Virus record (IMG/VR): IMGVR_UViG_3300031551_000001
Span: 17,886-81,885 of that record
Origin: a virus
Direction: 5' to 3' (one strand)
DNA: 64,000 nucleotides
Positions 55,809-64,000 of this stretch are shown here, piece after piece (positions within the stretch are counted from its first letter, which is position 1; every line of letters starts with the position of its first letter). The notes under the pieces are model-generated. The model was not told the DNA's origin. It worked only from the letters and a program-made list of their open reading frames with translations, and made no database searches. A program made the translations under genes and the position numbers.

Positions 55809-57002
55809 GTGAAAACAATACATCGCACATATCGCTTTGCAATAATACCAAATCAGGAGCAACAAATCCTGTTGAGTAAACATTTTGGTTGTGTTAGATG
55901 GGCTTACAATCATTTTCTCAACGAGAGGAAAGAGCAGTATGAGTTGAGTAAAAAATCAGACAATTACTATGAACAAGCTGCAACACTAACGGAATTAAAG
56001 AAGAAAGAAGAAACTATCTGGCTGAAAGAAGTGAATAGTCAAACTCTACAATTTGCTTTAAGGAGTTTAGATACTGCTTATGTAAATTTCTTTCGTGGTA
56101 ATGCTAAGTTTCCGCGATTTAAAAGCAGGAGAGATAAAAACACATTTACCGTTCCTCAATTTGTAACAGTTGAAAAAGATATATTGTATATCCCAAAATT
56201 CAAAGACGGAATTAAAATTAATCTTCACAGGGAAATAAAAGGCGAAGTAAAGCATTGCACTATAAGTAAATCACCAACAGACAAATATTTTGTTTCAATA
56301 CTTTGTGAAACTCAATATGAACCGAAACAGAAAACAGGAAAAGAAATTGGAATAGATTTGGGATTAAAAGATTTTGTAATTACTTCGGATGGAATTAAAT
56401 TTAAAAATAATCGTTACACAAAACACCATGAACGTGCTTTAGCAAAAGCACAAAAACACCTTTCTCGTAAAACTAAAGGCAGTAATCGGTATGAAAACCA
56501 AAGACTGAAAGTTGCCTTGTTGCATGAGAAAACAGCCAATTCAAGATTAGACAATTTACACAAAGTAAGTTCTCAAATCATTTTTGATAATGATGTAATT
56601 TGTTTAGAAGATTTACACATTAAAGGAATGATTAAAAACCATAAACTTGCCAAACACATATCGGATGCAAGTTGGGGAACATTTGTGAGATTGTTGGAAT
56701 ACAAAGCTGACTGGAATGATAAGCGAGTGGTAAAAATAAATCGCTTCTTTCCATCTTCTAAAACCTGTGGTTCTTGTGGTTGGATAAATCAAAATTTGAA
56801 CCTTTCTGATAGAGAATGGATTTGCAAGTGTGGAATAACCCACGACAGGGATTTAAACGCTGCAAGAAACATCTTAAAGGAAGGACAAAAAATAATCGGG
56901 ACGGAACTTTCCGATTACACGCTTCGAGGCAAAAATCAGACTTCTGCAAAGAAGCACAAGCCAATGAAAAGCGAAGCCCATTTGTCTTTAGCAAATGGGT
57001 AG
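55809..57002 (+). CDS. tnpB: RNA-guided endonuclease TnpB
   Basis: N-terminal HTH (FGCVRWAYN); RuvC GIDLG, CLEDL, DRDLNAA; zinc finger; GTG start after TATCTTTG (55796). Confidence 0.95.
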   Translation: MKTIHRTYRFAIIPNQEQQILLSKHFGCVRWAYNHFLNERKEQYELSKKSDNYYEQAATLTELKKKEETIWLKEVNSQTLQFALRSLDTAYVNFFRGNAKFPRFKSRRDKNTFTVPQFVTVEKDILYIPKFKDGIKINLHREIKGEVKHCTISKSPTDKYFVSILCETQYEPKQKTGKEIGIDLGLKDFVITSDGIKFKNNRYTKHHERALAKAQKHLSRKTKGSNRYENQRLKVALLHEKTANSRLDNLHKVSSQIIFDNDVICLEDLHIKGMIKNHKLAKHISDASWGTFVRLLEYKADWNDKRVVKINRFFPSSKTCGSCGWINQNLNLSDREWICKCGITHDRDLNAARNILKEGQKIIGTELSDYTLRGKNQTSAKKHKPMKSEAHLSLANG

Positions 57003-57084
57003 TTCACAATATTCATCATACTTCATAATTCCTATTTTAAGTTAATATAGTATATCCTATAAATAATAAAATAAAATACTTGTA

Positions 57085-57378
57085 TCAAAATATAATTTTA
57101 AGTTCAGTTAATCTAATTGCCATTTGATATTCTGGTACTTTAAATCTTTTAGCAAGTAATTTTATCAGATTTTCAGTAGTTAGTATTTTTTGAGTCTTTA
57201 ATTTTTCAATTTCAGGTATTAAAAACTTTTCTGGTATCAATAAGCATCTAACAAAATAATTAGCTTCTTTGTCTTGTCTTATGTTTTTTTGTGTTGGATA
57301 TCCCATTTTTAAAAACTTTAAACAATAGCGCAATTTACCTTGGATCGTATTGATACCCCTGCGCACTAATCCATTCAT
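57085..57378 (-). CDS. ImmA/IrrE (M78)-like C-terminal fragment
   Basis: EANYF...LLIP...LAKRFKV.....RL; no HExxH. Confidence 0.6.
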   Translation of the reverse strand: MNGLVRRGINTIQGKLRYCLKFLKMGYPTQKNIRQDKEANYFVRCLLIPEKFLIPEIEKLKTQKILTTENLIKLLAKRFKVPEYQMAIRLTELKIIF

Positions 57379-57541
57379 TCATCTCTTTTTCTGTATCAAA
57401 TATTTTAACCAAACTTTTAAACTCAGCAGTTATACTTCTGCTTTTTATGTATTTTATAACAAAATATTTTTCACCTTCATCTATTATAATACCTTGTGAA
57501 TCTTTATATCCAATTCCAAATGCAACAAATTTTCCTATCAT
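57335..57541 (-). CDS. Hypothetical protein
   Basis: 68-aa ORF. Confidence 0.55.
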   Translation of the reverse strand: MIGKFVAFGIGYKDSQGIIIDEGEKYFVIKYIKSRSITAEFKSLVKIFDTEKEMNEWISAQGYQYDPR

Positions 57542-57607
57542 ATTTAATTATTTATTTAAAGTAGATAGCACCAATACCGCATCTAGCGGTCAGGTGCGAC
57601 TAGTTTG

Positions 57608-57862
57608 CTAATATCTTTTTTTAAAATCTTCTGCTTTTTTAAGTTCACTACCATTAAGCAAATATGGATTTATTTCGTCACCGCAAACTTCCTTCATAAC
57701 TTTGTTGGTGCTATCAGTTTTTGGTTGATCCGGTTCATTCGGATAAACTGATTTAATAGCTGCATTCCAACCAATACTAAATGCTTGAATGTCTGCACTT
57801 GTTATATTTGGATATTGATTTTTAAAATCAATTAATCCTTTTTCAAGTGTTTTTATTTTCAT
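57608..57862 (-). CDS. Hypothetical protein
   Basis: 84-aa ORF. Confidence 0.6.
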   Translation of the reverse strand: MKIKTLEKGLIDFKNQYPNITSADIQAFSIGWNAAIKSVYPNEPDQPKTDSTNKVMKEVCGDEINPYLLNGSELKKAEDFKKRY

Positions 57863-57965
57863 GCTGAATAATATTATTTATTGTTTACAAAGACAAATAT
57901 AAACATATTATCCAACAATACAAAAAAAATGAGATTAATTTTCAGATTTTATCAATAATTATGTA

Positions 57966-57973
57966 TATCTTTG
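57966..57973 (+). promoter_or_regulatory. Bacteroidota -7 promoter element
   Basis: TATCTTTG upstream of 58001. Confidence 0.6.
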
Positions 57974-58000
57974 AGTCCATATTCATCAAAATAAGAAAAT

Positions 58001-58978
58001 ATGGCAATTTTAGGAGATATTGTTAAGAATTATCTCAGGAAATACCCCAATACATATTCAAGGAGCATAGCAATAAAACTCTACAAAGAAAATCCTGATG
58101 TATTTAAATCAATAGAACATGCAAGAGAAATTGTGAGATATTACAGGCACTCACATGGTAAGCACGATAGAAAAAAAATAGCAACAGATGAATTTGCAAA
58201 TCAGAACCCATATAATTTACCATACAGCGATGAAACTGATTACATACCTTATGTTTTGCCTAAATCCCAAGATAAAATACTTTTAATTTCGGATATGCAC
58301 GTACCATATCATTCTATAAGTGCGTTAACAGCTTGTTTCGATTGGGCGAAAAAAAGAGAGATAAATACAATTTTTATAAACGGGGATCTTATAGATTGTC
58401 ATGAGCTATCTTTTTTTATAAAAGACCCAAGAAAAAGAGATTTTATTGAAGAGCTTGATATTGCTAAAGCTTTTTTAGATGCTTTAAGGGAAGCGTTTCC
58501 ATCATGCCGTATATATTATAAGGAAGGGAATCATGAATACAGATTACAGAGATATTTCAGGGTACATGCTCCGGCTTTATTTGATACAGGAGAATATCAC
58601 TTGCCAAACTTGCTACATCTTGGTGCAAGAAAGATAGAATGGATACAGGACAAGAGAGTTATAAAGGCAGGACATTTAAGTATTCTGCACGGGCATGAAT
58701 TTGGTAAAATGTTCGGAACAGTCAATCCAGCTCGTTCTGTATTTCTAAAAGCGAAAGAGTCTACTATAATAGGAGACAGACACCAGACAAGCGAACATTC
58801 AGAACCAACTTTAAGTGGAGAACTTGTTACTTGTTGGAGTACTGGGTGTTTAAGTGAACTTCATCCTGAATATATGCCGATAAACAAATGGAATCATGGA
58901 TTCGCCAGAATTATAGTAAACAAAGACAAATCATTCAGATTAACAAATATACGAATAGACAACGGTAAAGTATATTAA
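58001..58978 (+). CDS. Calcineurin-like metallophosphoesterase with N-terminal HTH-like region
   Basis: SDMHVP, NGDLID, GNHE, HGHE and GD.H motifs. Confidence 0.9.
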   Translation: MAILGDIVKNYLRKYPNTYSRSIAIKLYKENPDVFKSIEHAREIVRYYRHSHGKHDRKKIATDEFANQNPYNLPYSDETDYIPYVLPKSQDKILLISDMHVPYHSISALTACFDWAKKREINTIFINGDLIDCHELSFFIKDPRKRDFIEELDIAKAFLDALREAFPSCRIYYKEGNHEYRLQRYFRVHAPALFDTGEYHLPNLLHLGARKIEWIQDKRVIKAGHLSILHGHEFGKMFGTVNPARSVFLKAKESTIIGDRHQTSEHSEPTLSGELVTCWSTGCLSELHPEYMPINKWNHGFARIIVNKDKSFRLTNIRIDNGKVY

Positions 58979-59275
58979 ATGATTTTTTGTATTTTTGTAA
59001 AAAATAGGGTTATGACGGTATTACAAAAATCAAAGTCAATAGCCAAGTGGATAGGGAATGAGGCAATTGATAGGGTTGATCCTAGAACCACTGGGTCCAA
59101 ATGGAAGAAAGTACGTAATTGGGTTGGCATAGGCTCATCTGTTCTCCTTTTATTGGTATCTCCTATATGCCCATTTGCTCTTCCTGCCGGAATAGCATCA
59201 TGGATAACATTTGTAGGTTCAGCGGGAGTTATAGTAGCCGGAGGTGCTCATTTAGATAAATCTGGTAAGAAATAA
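58979..59275 (+). CDS. Holin-like two-TM protein
   Basis: KWKKVRN followed by two hydrophobic helices. Confidence 0.55.
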   Translation: MIFCIFVKNRVMTVLQKSKSIAKWIGNEAIDRVDPRTTGSKWKKVRNWVGIGSSVLLLLVSPICPFALPAGIASWITFVGSAGVIVAGGAHLDKSGKK

Positions 59276-59290
59276 CGTATCGCTTAAACT

Positions 59291-59419
59291 ATGGAAGCAC
59301 CAGTTAGTTATTTAATGCGGAAAATACTATCCGATAAAAATACATCAGACAAATTGTTTGAAAAAATATTAAACAAACCAGAGGAAGTAGAATCATTAGA
59401 GGAGAAAGAAAGCATTTGA
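59291..59419 (+). CDS. Small protein (MEAP module), 42 aa
   Basis: MEAPVSYLMRKILSDKNTSDKLFEKIL; paralog inside 18796-19185. Confidence 0.55.
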   Translation: MEAPVSYLMRKILSDKNTSDKLFEKILNKPEEVESLEEKESI

Positions 59420-59432
59420 ACAAATGGACATT

Positions 59433-59469
59433 AAAAAACCCCACCTCATTAAATTGAGTGTGGGGTTTT
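59433..59469. terminator. Bidirectional terminator
   Basis: AAAAAACCCCAC-CTCA...TGAG-TGTGGGGTTTT between convergent genes. Confidence 0.8.
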
Positions 59470-59496
59470 CTATTTATGGGCTTCCCACCATACGTA

Positions 59497-59892
59497 TCAT
59501 TCTCTATTCAGGAGTGCATTAAGACCAGCCTCAATTAAAGCTATAACCGCAGAAAGAGTGCTTAACACCCACTCAGGGGCATTAATTTTATCTTTTAGCT
59601 GCTCCAATACGTCAAACGCATTAGATATAGCAACGGTGTAGTCGTGGTCTCCATCAAATACATCGTCAAGTGCTGCATGTACTTCATCCTTGTACTCATC
59701 GGGCACGTAAGGAGAAACAGCTCTATTCAGTGTGTTTAAAGAAATCTTCCAGGTAAATCCGTCTACTCCTTCCACGAGTGCACCAATAAGTTTATTTTTA
59801 ATGATTTCTTTAAAATCAAAAGCGTCATCAAGGGCTTGAGCTCCTTTCTTGACATGCTCATCGGTAAATAAAAGAATTGTGTTTTCTGCCAT
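59497..59892 (-). CDS. Hypothetical protein
   Basis: 131-aa ORF. Confidence 0.7.
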   Translation of the reverse strand: MAENTILLFTDEHVKKGAQALDDAFDFKEIIKNKLIGALVEGVDGFTWKISLNTLNRAVSPYVPDEYKDEVHAALDDVFDGDHDYTVAISNAFDVLEQLKDKINAPEWVLSTLSAVIALIEAGLNALLNRE

Positions 59893-59912
59893 GACATTTT
59901 GTTTTAATTTGT

Positions 59913-60248
59913 TTATCTTCTTGTTTTTATTCCACCTCTTTCAATCCATCCTTTAGGGCCTGAATTATGTTCTGGTTCTTTGTGGGTTTTTGGTCCAACT
60001 AATTGTTCTCCATCTGGAAGTTTTGATTTGACAGATTTTTGCCATTCTTCCATTTTAACAGCCTGATCTAGAGCTTGTGCAACCAAAACGGAGTCTCCAC
60101 CAGCTGCTTGTAATTTTCTTGCCCAAAATCTTATTGTTTCTGGGGCTAGAACATCCTGACCTCTTAAAAAGAATACAGGTTCATTTTCTGGGATCAAATT
60201 GGCATTGTCCTGAATTCTTTTTTGATAGTCTTTTCTTGCATGTTTCAT
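59913..60248 (-). CDS. Hypothetical phage protein
   Basis: MKHARKDY..IQD...IP..EPVF.LRGQD.LA motif. Confidence 0.75.
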   Translation of the reverse strand: MKHARKDYQKRIQDNANLIPENEPVFFLRGQDVLAPETIRFWARKLQAAGGDSVLVAQALDQAVKMEEWQKSVKSKLPDGEQLVGPKTHKEPEHNSGPKGWIERGGIKTRR

Positions 60249-60487
60249 TGTTTGTATTTTAATTTTAAAAGTTTTCCAAACTTACAAAAAGTATTTTAAT
60301 TCTACAAATTCATTTAAAATGTTCCATTAAGTTCCAAAATAGAGCCGTAGAGACACGATAATATAAAAGTGGTACTTGTATACCACTCAAGGAGAGATCG
60401 TGGACGAGAACCCCCTCATCCGTCCCTCAACGTGTTATTTTGAGAAACCCTCAACATGTATTTTACCAAATCCATATAATTTTTCTA

Positions 60488-60766
60488 TTAAAAGTTGATT
60501 TTGTCATTAATTTTACCTGCAATTTCCTTAATTTCACTTAAAGCTTTGTTTATAGCCTCGAAATCCCCCCAATTTTCTAATAGTTCTTTCCAAGCCAGCT
60601 CATTGAATAAAGATTTGAAGTTTGAATGAAAGCTCACTTCGTTCCAGAGAGTTTTCCCGTAATTTTTTGAGCCCTTTTTATTGATTATTCTTGACTGTTG
60701 AAGAGTGAGCTGTATACCGTCAGAAGATATGCGGTATTTTTTGTTGAGTTGGATTATTTGTTCCAT
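60488..60766 (-). CDS. Hypothetical phage protein
   Basis: YRISSD..Q..L...W...FH motif. Confidence 0.65.
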   Translation of the reverse strand: MEQIIQLNKKYRISSDGIQLTLQQSRIINKKGSKNYGKTLWNEVSFHSNFKSLFNELAWKELLENWGDFEAINKALSEIKEIAGKINDKINF

Positions 60767-60799
60767 GTTTTGTGGTTTAATCTTTTTTAACTCCTTTTA

Positions 60800-60825
60800 T
60801 TTGAATTGTTTATATAAAATAGTTA
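60800..60825 (+). repeat. 26-bp attI-like site, copy 2
   Basis: TTTGAATTGTTTATATAAAATAGTTA; 25/26 identical to the reverse complement of 15835-15860. Confidence 0.75.
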
Positions 60826-60843
60826 ACAAACGTTTGCCAACGT

Positions 60844-61200
60844 TCATTCAGGTACAATTTTCCATTCTTTTTCAGCATAAAAATCAGTATTAAAATAATA
60901 ATGGCCTCCCCTTGCTGTTATTTCATGATATTTAAACCACCATACAGTTTGTTCAAATTCATATATTAATGCTTCATTTTCAGACCATCCTCCAGTATGT
61001 ATTGATATTAAATTTTCATTTTCATCTATTGAGCCATAATGTGTATCATACATACTTTTAAATAGTAAATATGCTTCATTTGCAAATTCAAAAGCTTTGG
61101 GATTTACATTAACTATTTTCCCGTTTTCTTTTTCATACATTAAATATTTTTCAAATCTATTTTCCATTGTTTTATATTTTAAATTAATATTATTATCCAC
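60844..61200 (-). CDS. Hypothetical phage protein
   Basis: HTGGWSENE...WW...RGGHYYF motif. Confidence 0.75.
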   Translation of the reverse strand: MDNNINLKYKTMENRFEKYLMYEKENGKIVNVNPKAFEFANEAYLLFKSMYDTHYGSIDENENLISIHTGGWSENEALIYEFEQTVWWFKYHEITARGGHYYFNTDFYAEKEWKIVPE

Positions 61201-61558
61201 TTACCCATTTTTCCAAATCCATCCATTCATTATCTAGAGTTAATTCTTTTAAATCACTTTGTCTTACAATTGTGATTATTCCATCATTTAAAGCTTTAAT
61301 ATCATTTTGATTATATGAACTAGAAATATAATGTGTGCCATCTTCAAAAGTTATGATGTATTTTGTCTCATTCAGTTTATTAGAATTAATTATTGGCTCT
61401 AATTCTTTATAACAGTTAGGGGCAATATCTAATTCTATAAAAGGAGCATAAAAATCTGAATTATCTCCATCAAAAGGTGATTGCTTCAATCCCATTTTAA
61501 ATACTTTATGTAAGTATTTCACAATTATTTTAATCAATTCTTCTCTAAGTGTTTTCAT
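61193..61558 (-). CDS. Hypothetical protein
   Basis: 121-aa ORF. Confidence 0.6.
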   Translation of the reverse strand: MKTLREELIKIIVKYLHKVFKMGLKQSPFDGDNSDFYAPFIELDIAPNCYKELEPIINSNKLNETKYIITFEDGTHYISSSYNQNDIKALNDGIITIVRQSDLKELTLDNEWMDLEKWVSG

Positions 61559-61578
61559 TTTCTTTGAATTTTTTGTAT

Positions 61579-61884
61579 TTATTTAATAATTTGATTTTCT
61601 TTTAGAATTTTAATCATTCCATTGATTGAATCAAGCCATTCTGAGGGAAAATGCACTTTTGAATCGCCAGATACATTCAGTATATGAATCATACTATCTT
61701 GAATCACATAATAATCTTCATGTATTAATTTAGTATCATAATTTTGGCCCAAATTTCTATATTTAATCATTTCCTCTCCAATTTCAAGAATAGCCAATGT
61801 TCTCTCTTTTGATATTGGTATGAAATTTATTTTTTCCATTTTTAATTGTATAATTTTAAAATGGTAAATCTGAAACATTATCAT
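61579..61884 (-). CDS. Hypothetical protein
   Basis: ORF; likely starts at MEKINF. Confidence 0.55.
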   Translation of the reverse strand: MIMFQIYHFKIIQLKMEKINFIPISKERTLAILEIGEEMIKYRNLGQNYDTKLIHEDYYVIQDSMIHILNVSGDSKVHFPSEWLDSINGMIKILKENQIIK

Positions 61885-62317
61885 CTGGTCCCAGACTATC
61901 TAAAAAAGCATGATCTGTATCTTTAATATCACTATAAGGTTCACCAACACTTTTAATATGATTAATCCTGAATTTATGATCAATGATTGTCATTTGATAA
62001 CCACTTGCAGTAGTTATCTCTCTCTTTTCTGACTCTATCCAGAACTCGACCTCCGCAAATACATTGTCATGTGAATTTTCAGCCCTGAACATGTAGAGTT
62101 CTTCATACAAAGCATCTTTATCTTTATAAAATCTGGTTAATAAATGTTCAAACATTATAACTTTTGGGAAAATAAACCACTTTTGTTGTTTCCATGAGAA
62201 TATATCTGCTTCATATTGGAGCGTAAGAATTACCTTTATATAAGGTATGTTCTTTGATGATACAAATTCCTCTTCAGTAAGTGATAGTACTTTCCCTGTT
62301 ATTTTAAAGTTGCTCAT
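61856..62317 (-). CDS. SSB-like OB-fold protein (DUF3127-like)
   Basis: FKITGKV start; acidic C-terminal DDNVSDLPF tip. Confidence 0.65.
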   Translation of the reverse strand: MSNFKITGKVLSLTEEEFVSSKNIPYIKVILTLQYEADIFSWKQQKWFIFPKVIMFEHLLTRFYKDKDALYEELYMFRAENSHDNVFAEVEFWIESEKREITTASGYQMTIIDHKFRINHIKSVGEPYSDIKDTDHAFLDSLGPDDNVSDLPF

Positions 62318-62516
62318 TAGGAAAAAAATCTTCTATTTCTTCTATTAAATTACTTAACTCTTCATCTGTTAGTGATTTGAGAGTTAATATATCCTTTGAC
62401 TTTTTGATTTTGGAGTGGAGGGACTTCTTTTCCCTCCATCTCTTTTCTGTTATTCCATGCAGGTCAAGGATATGGTCAAGGGTGAGGCCGTATTGTTTAT
62501 ACAATTCCAGCCTCAT
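62304..62516 (-). CDS. Hypothetical protein
   Basis: Coupled ORF. Confidence 0.55.
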   Translation of the reverse strand: MRLELYKQYGLTLDHILDLHGITEKRWREKKSLHSKIKKSKDILTLKSLTDEELSNLIEEIEDFFPNEQL

Positions 62517-63073
62517 TAAAAAGGGCGCTCAAGTTCGTTAGCAAGTGCCCGTATCCCCTCTCCGAAAGCATTAGCCAACTTACTTATTACATCCACCTTT
62601 TTTAATACCAAATCAGTCTCTTTAGAAGCTGTTTCAAGCTTAAGCCTTTCTTCTATGCCAATACTATCATAAAAGGTTAACGCCACATTATATGCTTGCT
62701 GTGCTTCAATAGAACCCTGCTTAAATCTTTCCCTGTCATCCACATTTGGTGTCTTGGATGTAGTTGGTTGTTGTGGGTTTGCCGGAGAAGTTTGCTGTGG
62801 AGCTGGTTGTGCCTGTTCTCTTATTTTGCTGACCTTGAACTTCCAGCCACCATCAGCCCTGTCGTCAGGTGTGCACTGGAATTCATATATACCACCTATT
62901 TCAAACCAGGCAGGAAGAGCCGTAACATTTACTTCACCGGTAGTTTCTCCCTTCATCCCTTCAATATCAGCAGTCATTACATGTGGGTATAGGATTTTGT
63001 TAAAAGCCACAAAAGATTGTTGGACACCATCCTCATTTATTTTTTGCTTAAAAGATTTTACTGTTCCTTTCAT
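62516..63073 (-). CDS. Putative ssDNA-binding/recombination protein
   Basis: Beta-rich N-terminal domain, Q/P linker, helical C-terminal domain ending PF. Confidence 0.45.
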   Translation of the reverse strand: MKGTVKSFKQKINEDGVQQSFVAFNKILYPHVMTADIEGMKGETTGEVNVTALPAWFEIGGIYEFQCTPDDRADGGWKFKVSKIREQAQPAPQQTSPANPQQPTTSKTPNVDDRERFKQGSIEAQQAYNVALTFYDSIGIEERLKLETASKETDLVLKKVDVISKLANAFGEGIRALANELERPF

Positions 63074-63089
63074 TGTTTTTATGTTTAAA

Positions 63090-63683
63090 TTAATATATTG
63101 ATTTTCGTTTAGCTTCTTTAATTCCGTTTTCGCATATTTTGTATGCCTTTAAGAGTAATGGTTCTAGCATGTTCTTAATCTTACATTCCTTTATTTTCAT
63201 TCCCATTTCCTTTGCGAGCCATATATTGGCTTTTGTACGATTGCTGACACCCTTATATTCTCCATCAGATACCCTAACTATTTCTCCGGTGTCTACAACA
63301 TATACCTCTTTATCTTCACTTCCTCCGTTTACCTGATAGGCGTACTTGACATCCTCTCCGTTTCTTATTGCCAGACAGTAGTTAGCAAAAACAGCATTAA
63401 TCAAGGCAGTTTCCATAGCACCTTTTTTCGTCTGTACATTCACTCTTTGTTTGTAGAGCTTAGACAATACTCCCCGTACAGAGTTGCGCAGTTTATTGAC
63501 CTTCAGGGTCGCTAAAGATCCTTTAGGCTCAAATTCAAGGTTAAAATTTGTTGCTTCTTTGTATGCATAACAAAACCTTCCACATTCGTTACAGATATAC
63601 ATTAAACCTTCCTCTAAGAATTGTATTTCTCCCCCACACTCAGTACACCCGTTTGGGAAGTATGTTTTTACTGGATTTTTCAT
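63090..63683 (-). CDS. Zinc-finger protein (DUF3268-like)
   Basis: CTECG...CNECG, P.GSLA...LR and WLAKEMG....C.I motifs. Confidence 0.65.
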   Translation of the reverse strand: MKNPVKTYFPNGCTECGGEIQFLEEGLMYICNECGRFCYAYKEATNFNLEFEPKGSLATLKVNKLRNSVRGVLSKLYKQRVNVQTKKGAMETALINAVFANYCLAIRNGEDVKYAYQVNGGSEDKEVYVVDTGEIVRVSDGEYKGVSNRTKANIWLAKEMGMKIKECKIKNMLEPLLLKAYKICENGIKEAKRKSIY

Positions 63684-64000
63684 AATACGAAATTAATTTA
63701 ATTATTTATACAAAACAAATTATCCTTTCAATTTTTCATCTAAATATTGAAGTATTCCGGCCAGTTGATATTTTGTATATACATTCCCATCAAATATTAC
63801 TTCATCGAATATGCTACGCCATTTAATCTTTGACATTTTCTTTTTTAGGCGATTATAATCCTTTTCAGTTATTGTTATCATTATTTAAAAATTCATACAG
63901 TTTATTGATTTCTGTTTTAGTTATGGTTTCTCCGCTGACAACCATTTGGGTTATTTCAAAATCTTTTAAATCTTTGATGAGTTTTAAAAGCCTTTTTAAG

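Larger units (their letters stand above)
54860..57007 (+). mobile_element. IS605-group element (divergent tnpA and tnpB) with passenger DNA
   Basis: Follows TTAT; left hairpin CCCAAAAA...TTTTTGGG (guide AAAA); right hairpin CCCATTTG...CAAATGGG (guide GAAG) ending TCAC. Confidence 0.88.

Noticed and set aside
61403-61423. TTTATAAC-A-GTTAGGGGC, a possible collapsed attC
   Set aside because: Inside an ORF, no hairpin, weak complementarity to the 60822 core.
1-64000. Stop-codon reassignment as in some crAss-like phages
   Set aside because: Long genes are intact in the standard code; TAG and TGA both end genes; no suppressor tRNA seen.
1-64000. CRISPR array, tRNA genes, DGR or retron
   Set aside because: No regularly spaced repeats, cloverleafs or reverse transcriptase noticed by eye; a tool scan could still find a missed tRNA.

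Overview
AT-rich phage DNA, standard genetic code, from a podovirus-like Bacteroidota phage with a crAss-like head/tail module. The host inference rests on TAnnTTTG promoters, absent Shine-Dalgarno sites and Q-rule signal peptides. 1-14.6 kb (minus): glycan-modification cluster (a four-domain glycosyltransferase fusion, GT25, GT-B, DUF5672, Stealth-like protein, epimerase, methyltransferase) mixed with small accessory and DNA-binding genes. 14.7-15.9 kb: a DNA methyltransferase bounded by attC-like and attI-like sites. 16.3-17.6 kb: tnpB-only IS200/IS605 element. 18.4-23.8 kb (plus): exonuclease, resolvase, primase, GroES-like protein. 23.8-53.6 kb: terminase, portal, scaffold, MCP, fibre/spike, ring, nozzle and ejection proteins. 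53.6-54.7 kb: lysis genes. 54.9-57.0 kb: IS605 element with a TA-like cargo. 57-64 kb: accessory and SSB-like genes. Best candidate for a new system: four fibre/spike-type proteins carry Sec signal peptides and several are rich in the Bacteroidota O-glycosylation sequon D-[ST]-[AILVMT]. This suggests periplasm-routed, glycosylated virion appendages, possibly finished by the phage's own glycosyltransferases. Other highlights: an integrase-less integron-type cassette, an overprinted basic protein inside the largest gene, and a 3'-UTR segment antisense to several translation-initiation regions. All family calls come from motif recognition by eye, not database searches.
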